Shown here piece after piece: positions 1-7,979 of a stretch of DNA of 44,678 nucleotides. Position 1 is the stretch's first letter, and each line of letters begins with the position of its first letter. Location: the IMG/VR virus record IMGVR_UViG_3300037424_001811, positions 1 through 44,678 of that record; one strand, 5' to 3'. Source of the DNA: a virus (Duplodnaviria; Caudoviricetes). Position numbers and translations under genes: made by a program. Below the pieces are notes generated by a model, which searched no databases, was not told the origin of the DNA, and worked only from the letters and a program-made list of their open reading frames with translations.

Positions 1-121
1 GCAGCCCTGGGTCGCCCACGGCTCGGCGGATAGGTCGATTTCGAGACCGTTGCCGAAATCAATGACGGGGGAGGTCATTTGCAGTTATACTCCAAATCAT
101 ATCCGCGTCTGACATATCGCG
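1..121. repeat. Terminal direct repeat, left copy (circular overlap with 44558-44678)
   Basis: 121 bp matches 44558-44678 except at positions 13 and 22 (C vs T); contains the 5' end of the ATPase gene. Confidence 0.95.
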
Positions 122-275
122 CGTAGGTCCGATGCTCCAACCGCATCAGTTGGGCAAATTTTCGATTACGGAGCCGCCGACGAATATTTGGCACTGCATC
201 ACGCCTGGCCTTGATTATTTGCCAGGTTCGATAAGCCTCCATTGTCAATTTCCTTTGTGTTGGCCTATCCCTCAT
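75..275 (-). CDS. Hypothetical basic protein (66 aa)
   Basis: ATGA overlaps with both the upstream JAB gene and the downstream ATPase start (76-78); GAGGAG RBS. Confidence 0.7.
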   Translation of the reverse strand: MRDRPTQRKLTMEAYRTWQIIKARRDAVPNIRRRLRNRKFAQLMRLEHRTYARYVRRGYDLEYNCK

Positions 276-898
276 CTCTCCTCCTCAAACGGCCCCAGTC
301 CCTCGAATAAACAGCCCGCCGGCAATTCCACAAAATCGCCGTACACCCCCAGCCGCAGCCGGATTTCGGGCCGCGAGTAGATGCGCCCGATGACGGCGTA
401 AAACCTCGCCGCCTGTTCGTCGCGGTTATCTATCCCGCTGAAAAATGCCCTCATCTCGTGATGACTGTGCAACTCCAGCACCACATTGGCATCCTGCCCC
501 ACCTCGTAGACGACGTGTCCCGCCCCGGCCCTCTGCCTCGGCACGGCCACGCGCCAACCGCCATCGACCCGGTGGAATTGATACATCTGCTCGATAGACC
601 TCAGCCCTCCCGCTTTCCTCGCGTGTTCCCACACCGCCCACAGCCACCGCTCTGGTATCCGGGGCACTCGCAGCCGCACCCCCTCCTCCGGCCAGCGACA
701 TAGGCCGGCCACACGAGCCCGGGCCAGGCGCAGGCTCGCATAAAAATGAGGGTGATCCACGAGCTTGTAGAGGCCGTTGGCCGCCAATACGTAGGCGTAG
801 GGCCAGGCCGGGGGGAGCGCGCCGCCGGTGTGGATGTGATAGCTGATAGGGGAAGGGAGGTTAGCCATTGGGTCCTCTCTCGGCCAGTATATCGACAT
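272..898 (-). CDS. JAB/MPN+ metallopeptidase (PRTRC system protein A-like, deubiquitinase-like)
   Basis: E...ELHSHHEMRAFFSGIDNRDE = JAMM motif HxH-x7-S-x2-D; N-terminal YVLAANGLY and C-terminal RLGVYG typical of PRTRC-A. Confidence 0.88.
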   Translation of the reverse strand: MSIYWPREDPMANLPSPISYHIHTGGALPPAWPYAYVLAANGLYKLVDHPHFYASLRLARARVAGLCRWPEEGVRLRVPRIPERWLWAVWEHARKAGGLRSIEQMYQFHRVDGGWRVAVPRQRAGAGHVVYEVGQDANVVLELHSHHEMRAFFSGIDNRDEQAARFYAVIGRIYSRPEIRLRLGVYGDFVELPAGCLFEGLGPFEEER

Positions 899-1076
899 AG
901 CGCCGGGCCGGGCTATAGGTGCGCAGCCACGCCTTGTAACCCTTGCGCAGCAAAAAATTCACCCGGCTAACCGCGCCCTCTTTACCCGTTTTATGAACGA
1001 AGTGTTCACGGGCAAGCTTACCCGTGGTTGGGTCCTTAAAAAAGACGGTCCATTTGTAATCGGATTGCTCAGCCAT
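861..1076 (-). CDS. Hypothetical protein (~71 aa)
   Basis: ATG at 1076 with GGAGGGAG RBS; fills the gap between E2 and JAB. Confidence 0.6.
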   Translation of the reverse strand: MAEQSDYKWTVFFKDPTTGKLAREHFVHKTGKEGAVSRVNFLLRKGYKAWLRTYSPARRYVDILAERGPNG

Positions 1077-1078
1077 AA

Positions 1079-1831
1079 TTACACTCCCTCCATCAACCCC
1101 TTCAACGTCAACCGCGTACTCACCAAATCGTCCTCCGGCCACGTTTCCGCCCCGGCCTCGTACAGCACGGCCCATTGCTCCAGCACGCTGTCACGGTGAG
1201 CCAGGCTCTTGCCGTTGCTCAGGTGGTCGTTAAAATCGCTCTCGAAAAACAATGCCAGCGCCGACCACATAGTGGAGGCTGCCGCCGCCGGAAATTCCAC
1301 ATTCCCCCGACAGATCGCCTCACTCATATTCGGCACGGGCGCGGCCCACAGCGCCGTCTCCGGCCCCGGCCAGTCCGTGCCTTTGAGGGCGTACAGCCAG
1401 TAATCAACCCCCTGCCCGATCCAGACCAGCCCCGGCAGCGGCACTCGCCACGCCTGCCGCCCCACGCCACGCTTACGCTTCGGGTCGTCGTTTGGGCCGG
1501 GCGCGACCACGTTCACCGTCCAGATTTGCGGCTCGCAGTAAATGCCGATGCGTTCGCCCCCGGCAGCCTTCTGCCAGAAAAGGCAATTGCGCGGCAGGAG
1601 GGGGGAAGACAACGTCATCCCGGCCAGAGCCGCCGCGACGTGAGCCGGATCAAGGGCGTACAGCCCGCCGCCGGCGCCCTTATCGAACTTCTGGGCAATG
1701 ATGATATCATCGTAGCAGTCCAGCCGCAGCTTCAGGCTGGCATATTGATGGTCGTCCAGCGACATCTCCGGGATAACCAGGTTGGCCAGGATAGTCGGAT
1801 CAGATAATTTGTTGTGTCCGTTGCGTCTCAT
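1079..1831 (-). CDS. Prokaryotic E2-like protein (Prok-E2 family D / PRTRC system protein B-like)
   Basis: LLPRNCLFW, VPLPGLVW, LWAAPVPNMSEAICRGN (putative catalytic Cys), FFESDFN; start chosen at ATG 1831 (ATGA overlap). Confidence 0.82.
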   Translation of the reverse strand: MRRNGHNKLSDPTILANLVIPEMSLDDHQYASLKLRLDCYDDIIIAQKFDKGAGGGLYALDPAHVAAALAGMTLSSPLLPRNCLFWQKAAGGERIGIYCEPQIWTVNVVAPGPNDDPKRKRGVGRQAWRVPLPGLVWIGQGVDYWLYALKGTDWPGPETALWAAPVPNMSEAICRGNVEFPAAAASTMWSALALFFESDFNDHLSNGKSLAHRDSVLEQWAVLYEAGAETWPEDDLVSTRLTLKGLMEGV

Positions 1832-2670
1832 GGAAACTCCCTGATTTGTAAATCTTCCGGCCATTCCGCCGGATCGCCGCCCTTGCCGGCCTTCGCCCCC
1901 GCCTCGATCTTCCACCGGCTGCCAAGTTGCTTGACAAAGACCGGCGCCCCCGCCGCCCGGCACTGCTGCACCAGCGAGCGGACCCAGCCCAACTTCAGCT
2001 TGCGGGCGTGTTTGCCGGACTCGCCGCCGATGATGACCCAGTCAACCCCGGCCTGATCCTCCTCGATGGTTTTGGCCCAATCATAGCCGCCCTCGCAGTC
2101 GTGCGGCCCAAATCGCCCGCACCAATCACACCAGCGCAAATTGACCGGCCCCAGCAGCGGCTCCACACTCAGGAAATTGGGCAGGGATATCTGAAGCAAT
2201 TCCGGCACCCGTTTATCCGCCCATTCCTGATTTTCCACCGATGTGCCGATGCGCACGTTTTCCAGCAGGAAATCACCCCGCAACCGAAAAAAGAGCCGGG
2301 CCACGTCGGGCCGCTTGGTCAGAAGAAGCCAGTCGAGATTAGGCGTTGCCCGGATCAGTTGGAAGAAATCCAGCCGCCAGTCGATCAACCCGTCGTTATT
2401 CTCAAACGGGTCACATAGCGACGGGAAGACCCGCAACCGCCGGCCCTCGGCTTCAGCCTGGCGTTGCCACCGCAGCGGCTCCTGCCAGTAGGCGTCAGAG
2501 GTGCGCAGCCGCTTGGTGGTGACCGCCGGACCCCACGTGCCCGCCCAGCGGCTCTTGCGGGTCATCATCTCCTCGGCATAGCAGTGGGCGCAGCCAGGGC
2601 TGACCTTAAAGCAGCCAATCCAGGGCGACCAGCTATGATCGGTCCATTCAATGCCGCTATTCTCCGCCAT
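1828..2670 (-). CDS. DUF5131 / phage Gp37-Gp68 family radical-SAM-like protein
   Basis: IEWTDHSWSPWIGCFKVSPGCAHCYAE (Cx6Cx2C), LLLTKRP, SVEPLLG, WVIIGGESG, FVKQLG. Confidence 0.92.
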   Translation of the reverse strand: MAENSGIEWTDHSWSPWIGCFKVSPGCAHCYAEEMMTRKSRWAGTWGPAVTTKRLRTSDAYWQEPLRWQRQAEAEGRRLRVFPSLCDPFENNDGLIDWRLDFFQLIRATPNLDWLLLTKRPDVARLFFRLRGDFLLENVRIGTSVENQEWADKRVPELLQISLPNFLSVEPLLGPVNLRWCDWCGRFGPHDCEGGYDWAKTIEEDQAGVDWVIIGGESGKHARKLKLGWVRSLVQQCRAAGAPVFVKQLGSRWKIEAGAKAGKGGDPAEWPEDLQIREFP

Positions 2671-3487
2671 CGTCATCATCCTCCTCGGCATATACGGCCA
2701 GCAGCACCTCGGCCAGCCGTTGCATCTCGCCCGGCCCGTCGCACCACTGGACAAAGGCACGCCATTTGTCTACGGTCGGCTTGGCCGCCTGCCAGAATCC
2801 TTGCACCTTCTCCAGGTCGTCGTCCCAGGTCCAGCCCAGCGGCTCCTCCTCCATGTAGTTGGCGCAATCCAAGATTTCATTGCCGGTAAGGGCACACACC
2901 ACCCGCGCCACGTCCGGCAGCCAGCATAGTGGCTCCTCCAGCTCGGCAAACTCTTCGCCGTTCAGCCGGTCCCACAGGTCCCAGGAGTTGGCGCACCAGT
3001 CGGTGTCGATGCCGTACTCCTCGCATAAGGCCAGAAGCATCGAGCCGGACTGGTCCCAATTTGGATCAAGCAGCGCCTTCAGTAGGGCAAGCTGCGGATA
3101 CCGCTCCGGCCAGCTTTCGTCGTAGTCGCTGAAGCCAAGCACTAGCACCGGGATTTCATACAGCCAGCGGGCGAAATAATCCTGGCCTTCGTCGTCAGTC
3201 AGCAAATCCCAATCGACCTCGAACCAATCCCGCGCCTCTACGTTTTGGAGAAAGTCGCGGAAGATGTCCGACCAATGGGGCAGCTTCTTGCGCGGGTAAT
3301 CGTACACGTCAAGCATCAGTGGGCAGTGCGTTTGCAATAGCCAGAGCGTCCTGGCTAGCCGGCTGTACTCACCCAGGCAGAAGACAATCGTCTCCAGCTT
3401 AAGCGGGCGCAGCCGGCGTAGAACGTAGCGCGCGCTTAGAAGCCGAGCGGGACTTTGGGCGCCGAGACTGGTTTTAATCGCAAGCAT
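2657..3487 (-). CDS. Acidic Trp-rich hypothetical protein next to the Ubl gene (positional equivalent of PRTRC protein F)
   Basis: 276-aa ORF overlapping both neighbours; function only inferred from position. Confidence 0.65.
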   Translation of the reverse strand: MLAIKTSLGAQSPARLLSARYVLRRLRPLKLETIVFCLGEYSRLARTLWLLQTHCPLMLDVYDYPRKKLPHWSDIFRDFLQNVEARDWFEVDWDLLTDDEGQDYFARWLYEIPVLVLGFSDYDESWPERYPQLALLKALLDPNWDQSGSMLLALCEEYGIDTDWCANSWDLWDRLNGEEFAELEEPLCWLPDVARVVCALTGNEILDCANYMEEEPLGWTWDDDLEKVQGFWQAAKPTVDKWRAFVQWCDGPGEMQRLAEVLLAVYAEEDDDDGGE

Positions 3488-3876
3488 CTATCTAATGCCT
3501 CATTGGATCGTCGGGCCAGGGCGTCGGCCTGGTCAAAAGCCTGCTCAATTTCCGGACCGCGCGCGATGATCTGCTCCATCGTCGCCGACGCTTCGCCGTA
3601 GAATTGATGGAGCAGGTCGATAGCCGGCACGCGGGCCGGGGGAATAGAGAGCAGGAGGGTGATGATGGGGTGGGTCAATCCCTTCGTCCCCACCTTCTTC
3701 GCAAACGTGACCACCTTCACCCCATCATCGCCCGTCTTCGTATCCCACGTGGCCGCCGACAGCTCCGGGAACGTTTGCGCCCAGTGACTTTTGATGTCCT
3801 CCGGTTTGTAGGCGTCCTGTTCGTCCACAAACTCGACCTCGCGCCCGCCGGTCAGATATACGTATTTTGTTGGCAT
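3436..3876 (-). CDS. Prokaryotic ubiquitin-like protein (Prok_Ub / PRTRC protein C-like) with 80-aa C-terminal extension
   Basis: Residues 1-66: PEDIKSHWAQTFPELSAA...VTFAKKVGTKG matches the Prok_Ub pattern ending in GTKG; ORF continues to PLGF; AGGAG RBS. Confidence 0.82.
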   Translation of the reverse strand: MPTKYVYLTGGREVEFVDEQDAYKPEDIKSHWAQTFPELSAATWDTKTGDDGVKVVTFAKKVGTKGLTHPIITLLLSIPPARVPAIDLLHQFYGEASATMEQIIARGPEIEQAFDQADALARRSNEALDRCLRLKPVSAPKVPLGF

Positions 3877-3901
3877 AAGATTTCTCCTGTCTGACTACTG
3901 A

Positions 3902-4879
3902 CTATTGACTAACTTCCAACCACTCCGACGCTTCGGCCTCTGCCTCCACCGCCCGCTCCAGTTCCACCTTCGCCTTTATCGCCGCGCACACCCGCTCGGC
4001 CACATCCGCCGGCAGCGCCGACTTGGGCAGCGCCCCGTGGAGGATGGTCACCAGGGGCGGCGCGCCCGCTGGCACGCTAATGCTCAGTACCCAGGCCGCC
4101 TCGCGGACCACCGGCGGCGGGGGCAGCGGGGGGCCAGGGAGAGGCGGCGCAATTGCCGGCGCAACCGCTGCAACAGGAACGGCAGCAGGAAGCGGGGGCC
4201 GCAGATCGTTTTCAGGTTCGCCCGGTAGAGTTTGCGTTGTAGTTTCGGCGTCATCGGTTGCCTCCTCAGTGGCTTGCATCCAGGCCGGCATTGGCTCGGC
4301 TTCGGCTTCTAACACCTCCACCGGTTTTAACAACGAAGCATCAAGACCGCCTAATTTTTGCCGCAATTCCGCAACAGCCTCATCGACAATCTTGGCCTCA
4401 TCGACAATCTCCATCACCAGGGCAGGCCCCGTACTCTCAAAGCTCGCTTGCGGCGAGGTCTGCGGCGCGGGCCGATGCTCCGCCACAATCTCTTTGGCCT
4501 TCGTATGGGTGATGGCTTCGCCGGATTGAGCGCGGGCTATCGCCTCCTCGCGGGCTTCGTCGGGAGTGGAAGGGGCGGCGAGGAGGTAGAGGGCGGAGGG
4601 GGCAAAATTCAAATCGGACAAATTGTCCGTTTTAAAAGTTTCGGCCACAGACATAAATCGTCTAGCCATTCGCTCATTCCAATCAAACTCCCCTTCCAAC
4701 CACCCCCCAAAATACCCGTGCCCCAGCCGCTCCTTCACGTCAATCAGCTTCTCGCCAATCTCGATGATGTCCTGAGCCGTGCGCTTCATCAGCGCCTTGA
4801 TTTCGCTGGTGCGTTGCTGCACGACGATGCGCGTCTCGGCGTCGAGTTGTTGGTAATCGAATAAAATCAATTGGTCCAT
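3902..4879 (-). CDS. DUF3102-domain protein with Pro/Ala-rich linker
   Basis: AQDIIEIGEKLIDVKERLGHGYFGGWLEGEFDWNERMARRFMSVA...SALYLLAAPSTP. Confidence 0.85.
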   Translation of the reverse strand: MDQLILFDYQQLDAETRIVVQQRTSEIKALMKRTAQDIIEIGEKLIDVKERLGHGYFGGWLEGEFDWNERMARRFMSVAETFKTDNLSDLNFAPSALYLLAAPSTPDEAREEAIARAQSGEAITHTKAKEIVAEHRPAPQTSPQASFESTGPALVMEIVDEAKIVDEAVAELRQKLGGLDASLLKPVEVLEAEAEPMPAWMQATEEATDDAETTTQTLPGEPENDLRPPLPAAVPVAAVAPAIAPPLPGPPLPPPPVVREAAWVLSISVPAGAPPLVTILHGALPKSALPADVAERVCAAIKAKVELERAVEAEAEASEWLEVSQ

Positions 4880-5742
4880 TTCGCTCCTCCATTTGCCACC
4901 ACCTGCATGACCGCAGGGTTGGCGCTATTTAAGCCCTGCTTTATACCTTGCACCCGCTGAGCCAAGTCGGACAAGTACAGAAGCACCGGATGCTTCGGCC
5001 CCCAAATTTCCATAACTACACTCAGTAACTTGATCGAATGGGCGCTAGAATTACCGACCTTTTCAAACACAACGGCGATAATGTCATAAAGCTCGTGACA
5101 ATTTTGACATAACTGAACAGAGAATTCGTTCTCGCCCCACGTAGCCACATCGAGCAGATGCGCCCGCGTTGATAATGGATGTCGGCAACACTCGCAAGGC
5201 GTCAGTCGCTCCACCAATTTGGTGTGGCGGCGCTTCTGGCGCACATCGGACGTATCAAAACGAGGGCGCTCTACACCATCAGCCCCCAGCAATCGCTGCA
5301 ATTGCTTAATCTGCCCCTCGGCCTCTAATTCCTCACGGCAACCAGCAACGGTCTTATCAGAAGTAAGGCAAATTTGAGCCAGCCGACTATTCGACCATTC
5401 GGGATGACGGCCAATCATTCGCTTGATAATTGCCCGTTTTTCCTGCCTGGTCAGACTCTTGCCGTGCTTCAGATTATCCAAATCGGCAAATTCTGCCGCT
5501 TCTTCCCACGTTCCCTCATGTACGATAAAACGCCCAACTAGCCGGCCCGCTTGCCGGTGCGCGGCGATACGATGGAAACCAGCAACAAGCCGGTAGCATC
5601 CATCGAGCACAAATACGTGCATTGCCGGTAAGTCGTCAATATGAGCTGCGTAGTCCGTAACCACTTCCTGGTCTAGCGCCTCTTTGCGAGGGTTAAAGCC
5701 ACTATCGGTTTCGATTTCGTCAAGGCTAAGTATTTCTTCCAT
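4867..5742 (-). CDS. ParB N-terminal domain protein with HTH and C-terminal HNH-like zinc-binding domain
   Basis: FNPR, LVAGFHRIAA (ParB box), HPEWSNSRLAQIC...SDKTV (HTH), CECC...AH...N...LCQNCH. Confidence 0.8.
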   Translation of the reverse strand: MEEILSLDEIETDSGFNPRKEALDQEVVTDYAAHIDDLPAMHVFVLDGCYRLVAGFHRIAAHRQAGRLVGRFIVHEGTWEEAAEFADLDNLKHGKSLTRQEKRAIIKRMIGRHPEWSNSRLAQICLTSDKTVAGCREELEAEGQIKQLQRLLGADGVERPRFDTSDVRQKRRHTKLVERLTPCECCRHPLSTRAHLLDVATWGENEFSVQLCQNCHELYDIIAVVFEKVGNSSAHSIKLLSVVMEIWGPKHPVLLYLSDLAQRVQGIKQGLNSANPAVMQVVANGGAKWTN

Positions 5743-5752
5743 AATTTTCCTT

Positions 5753-5983
5753 TTACATCTCCAGCCAGATAACCGGCTGTCTCAATCCTAACTCCTCCGC
5801 CCTGGCCAGCGCCTCGGCGGGTGTCCAACCCCGTCGATACGCCCGGTAAACAGGGCAGGGCTTGAGCCGCTCGGCCACGAAGGTATTATCATTGCAGATC
5901 TCGCCCTCGTGCCGCACGCAGTCCGGCAGCGGGCAACGGTCGCACACGGCCAGCCAGGGATCGACGAATGAGTATTTCGTCAT
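5753..5983 (-). CDS. Small Cys-rich hypothetical protein
   Basis: CDRCPLPDC...PCP; TGATG coupling with upstream ORF. Confidence 0.65.
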   Translation of the reverse strand: MTKYSFVDPWLAVCDRCPLPDCVRHEGEICNDNTFVAERLKPCPVYRAYRRGWTPAEALARAEELGLRQPVIWLEM

Positions 5984-6159
5984 CAGTTGACGTATACCAA
6001 ATACCGGCTGACCTCGCGATCAAGCCGGTCGACGACGATGATGAGGGAGGCCGCGTCGCGGGCGCAGTCGATGCGGAACCAACAGAAGCCGGTTTCCTGC
6101 GGCGAGGGCGGCGGCGAGGTTTTGGGTTTGCGCAGCTTGGCGATTAGTCGTTTGATCAT
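5983..6159 (-). CDS. Hypothetical protein (58 aa, below ORF-track cutoff)
   Basis: Manual translation MIKRLIAKLRKPKTSPPPSPQETGFCWFRIDCARDAASLIIVVDRLDREVSRYLVYVN; AAGGAG RBS. Confidence 0.7.
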   Translation of the reverse strand: MIKRLIAKLRKPKTSPPPSPQETGFCWFRIDCARDAASLIIVVDRLDREVSRYLVYVN

Positions 6160-6242
6160 GCTTACTCCTTAATAGGATAAAATTATTAATCTGAGTCTCT
6201 ATCTATATCCCCGCGTAACCGCTTGCGAGGATGCGCCGGCAT

Positions 6243-7403
6243 CTAATCGGCGTGCAAATCGCCGCCGTTTGCGTGCAATCGCGCCGGTTTTAAGTGCGCT
6301 TGCATTTGATCGGCAGGCAAAAAAAAGTTTTTAAATGCAATTGCATTTAAAACATTACTTTCAGCGGGGTTTTTAAATGCAATTGCATTTAAAACGCCAC
6401 CGTCATCCAAAACAAGGCCGCTCCGGTCAAACCATACCCGCATCAGGCTGACTGCCTCTACCTGTTGCCAGGCGGACAGATCGATGCCCAGCTCGCCCAG
6501 GAACCCGGCGTGGGCCTGCCGCGCCTCGTCGCTGAAGCGGGCTGTTTGCCAGGGGGTGAGCAGCGGCGGCCAGCGGTAAATCTGGACGGCGAAGCGGGTA
6601 TTACGCGCGGCGGTGCCGATCTGCCGGACGGCGGCCAGGCCGTGCTCGGCCAGGAGTTGGAATACGCCGGCCGACCAGTAACGGCACATCGGCCGCTCGC
6701 CGGGAAGTTCCCGGTTGCCCGGATAGCCGTAACGCCCGCAACAGTCGATGACCTCGCCGGTCTCGGCCAGCAGGGCGTGGTCGAACACGGGGCAGGGCCG
6801 CCAGCAGCCGGTGAGCTGCTGCGAGGAGCAACGGGTCAGGCGGGCCAGGTCCTTGAGCAAAACCTCCCAGACCGGCGTCCAGGCCCGATCATATTTTTTG
6901 TCGTCCAGCCGGTCGCGGATGAATTGCCACACGGCCAGAGCGCGGCTGCCGGCAAAGCGGTTGAAGGTGCTGAAATATGGCTGATAGTAGAGTGACAGGT
7001 AACGGGGATGTTTGGTCCAATTCCGGGCCAGTTGGTCGAAATGGGCCAGGTCGTCGGCGGCGGCGGCCCTCGGAATTTCCGAGGTGGCCACGGGGTCTGC
7101 GTCGCGTTCTGCCGCAGGCTCGGGCCCTGCGCTCGTCGCAACCCCATTGCCGTTGGCCTGTCCTGAGCTTGCCGAAGGGCTGTAACGGATCTCCACCGAG
7201 CGGCCGGCGACGCTTTCCGCCGTGCGCAGGAGCATGCCGTGCAGCCGGTTCTCCAGCCAATCGCGAGCGGCGGCGCTGGCCGGGTGGAGGGTGAGCACGT
7301 CACCCTGCTGGGTGGCCGTCATCCATTGAATGAGGGTCTCGTATTGAGACCGGGGCATTTGCTGCGAGAGTAACATTTTGATTTGGTCGAATAAGTCGGG
7401 CAT
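6243..7403 (-). CDS. Phage replication initiator with DnaA N-terminal-like domain
   Basis: LFDQIKMLLSQQMPRSQYETLI...ARDWLENRL resembles DnaA_N; central winged-helix-like segment; iterons in 3' end. Confidence 0.72.
   Translation of the reverse strand: MPDLFDQIKMLLSQQMPRSQYETLIQWMTATQQGDVLTLHPASAAARDWLENRLHGMLLRTAESVAGRSVEIRYSPSASSGQANGNGVATSAGPEPAAERDADPVATSEIPRAAAADDLAHFDQLARNWTKHPRYLSLYYQPYFSTFNRFAGSRALAVWQFIRDRLDDKKYDRAWTPVWEVLLKDLARLTRCSSQQLTGCWRPCPVFDHALLAETGEVIDCCGRYGYPGNRELPGERPMCRYWSAGVFQLLAEHGLAAVRQIGTAARNTRFAVQIYRWPPLLTPWQTARFSDEARQAHAGFLGELGIDLSAWQQVEAVSLMRVWFDRSGLVLDDGGVLNAIAFKNPAESNVLNAIAFKNFFLPADQMQAHLKPARLHANGGDLHAD
6327..6395. repeat. Two identical 27-bp palindromic iterons (putative replication origin)
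   Basis: gtttttaaatgcaattgcatttaaaac at 6327-6353 and 6369-6395 (42-bp period), AT-rich within a GC-rich gene. Confidence 0.8.
7158..7180 (-). repeat. REP-like short element, copy 1 (in frame, encodes PSASSGQ)
   Basis: Reverse complement gcccttcggcaagctcaggacag is 22/23 identical to 10288-10310. Confidence 0.7.
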
Positions 7404-7480
7404 ATCAGAACTATCAGAACTGGAATTTAGAGCGCGAGAGCCAATCGAACAAGGTAATATATTGGCTACACGCAAGATAA

Positions 7481-7714
7481 TTAGTCTCTATATTCGCCGT
7501 TGAGGGCGTCGGACGCCCGGCGCTCGACGGCGTCCAGAGCGTGGCGTAGCCGGGACAGGTGCAAAAGCAGGTTGAGGTCCATTCGTTTCTCGGCGATGTC
7601 GTTCGCCTTGCTCCATTGCTGCCGGCCGGCGGCACATTCGTCCAGAATATCACGCAAGGCCCATTGGGTCTTGTTGGGAATACGGCTACGAGTTTTGGCT
7701 TGGTCTGAAGCCAT
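7481..7714 (-). CDS. Hypothetical helical protein
   Basis: ATG 7714 with GGAGG RBS, operon context. Confidence 0.7.
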   Translation of the reverse strand: MASDQAKTRSRIPNKTQWALRDILDECAAGRQQWSKANDIAEKRMDLNLLLHLSRLRHALDAVERRASDALNGEYRD

Positions 7715-7979
7715 TGATAACCTCCAGAATTTCGTCGAATTCATTCCAGAGGGAACGGAAAATAATAGCCAGGCTCGACAGGCCGATCAGGGTCAATATT
7801 TTGGTCCAGGTCCGAAATGGAATGAGGGGGAGTAGAAGTAGCAGATCGACGCCGATGCCGATTACCACCGTTAGCCAGGTCCGCTTTTGAGCCAGAAAGC
7901 GGCCCAGATGGGTAAATTGTAAAAACGAGGCCCAAAGAGCGCCCCAAAGCAGGGCTAAAATCATCATCGTGGCATTCAT
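7686..7979 (-). CDS. Small multi-pass membrane protein
   Basis: Three hydrophobic segments; ATGA overlap with upstream ORF. Confidence 0.7.
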   Translation of the reverse strand: MNATMMILALLWGALWASFLQFTHLGRFLAQKRTWLTVVIGIGVDLLLLLPLIPFRTWTKILTLIGLSSLAIIFRSLWNEFDEILEVINGFRPSQNS

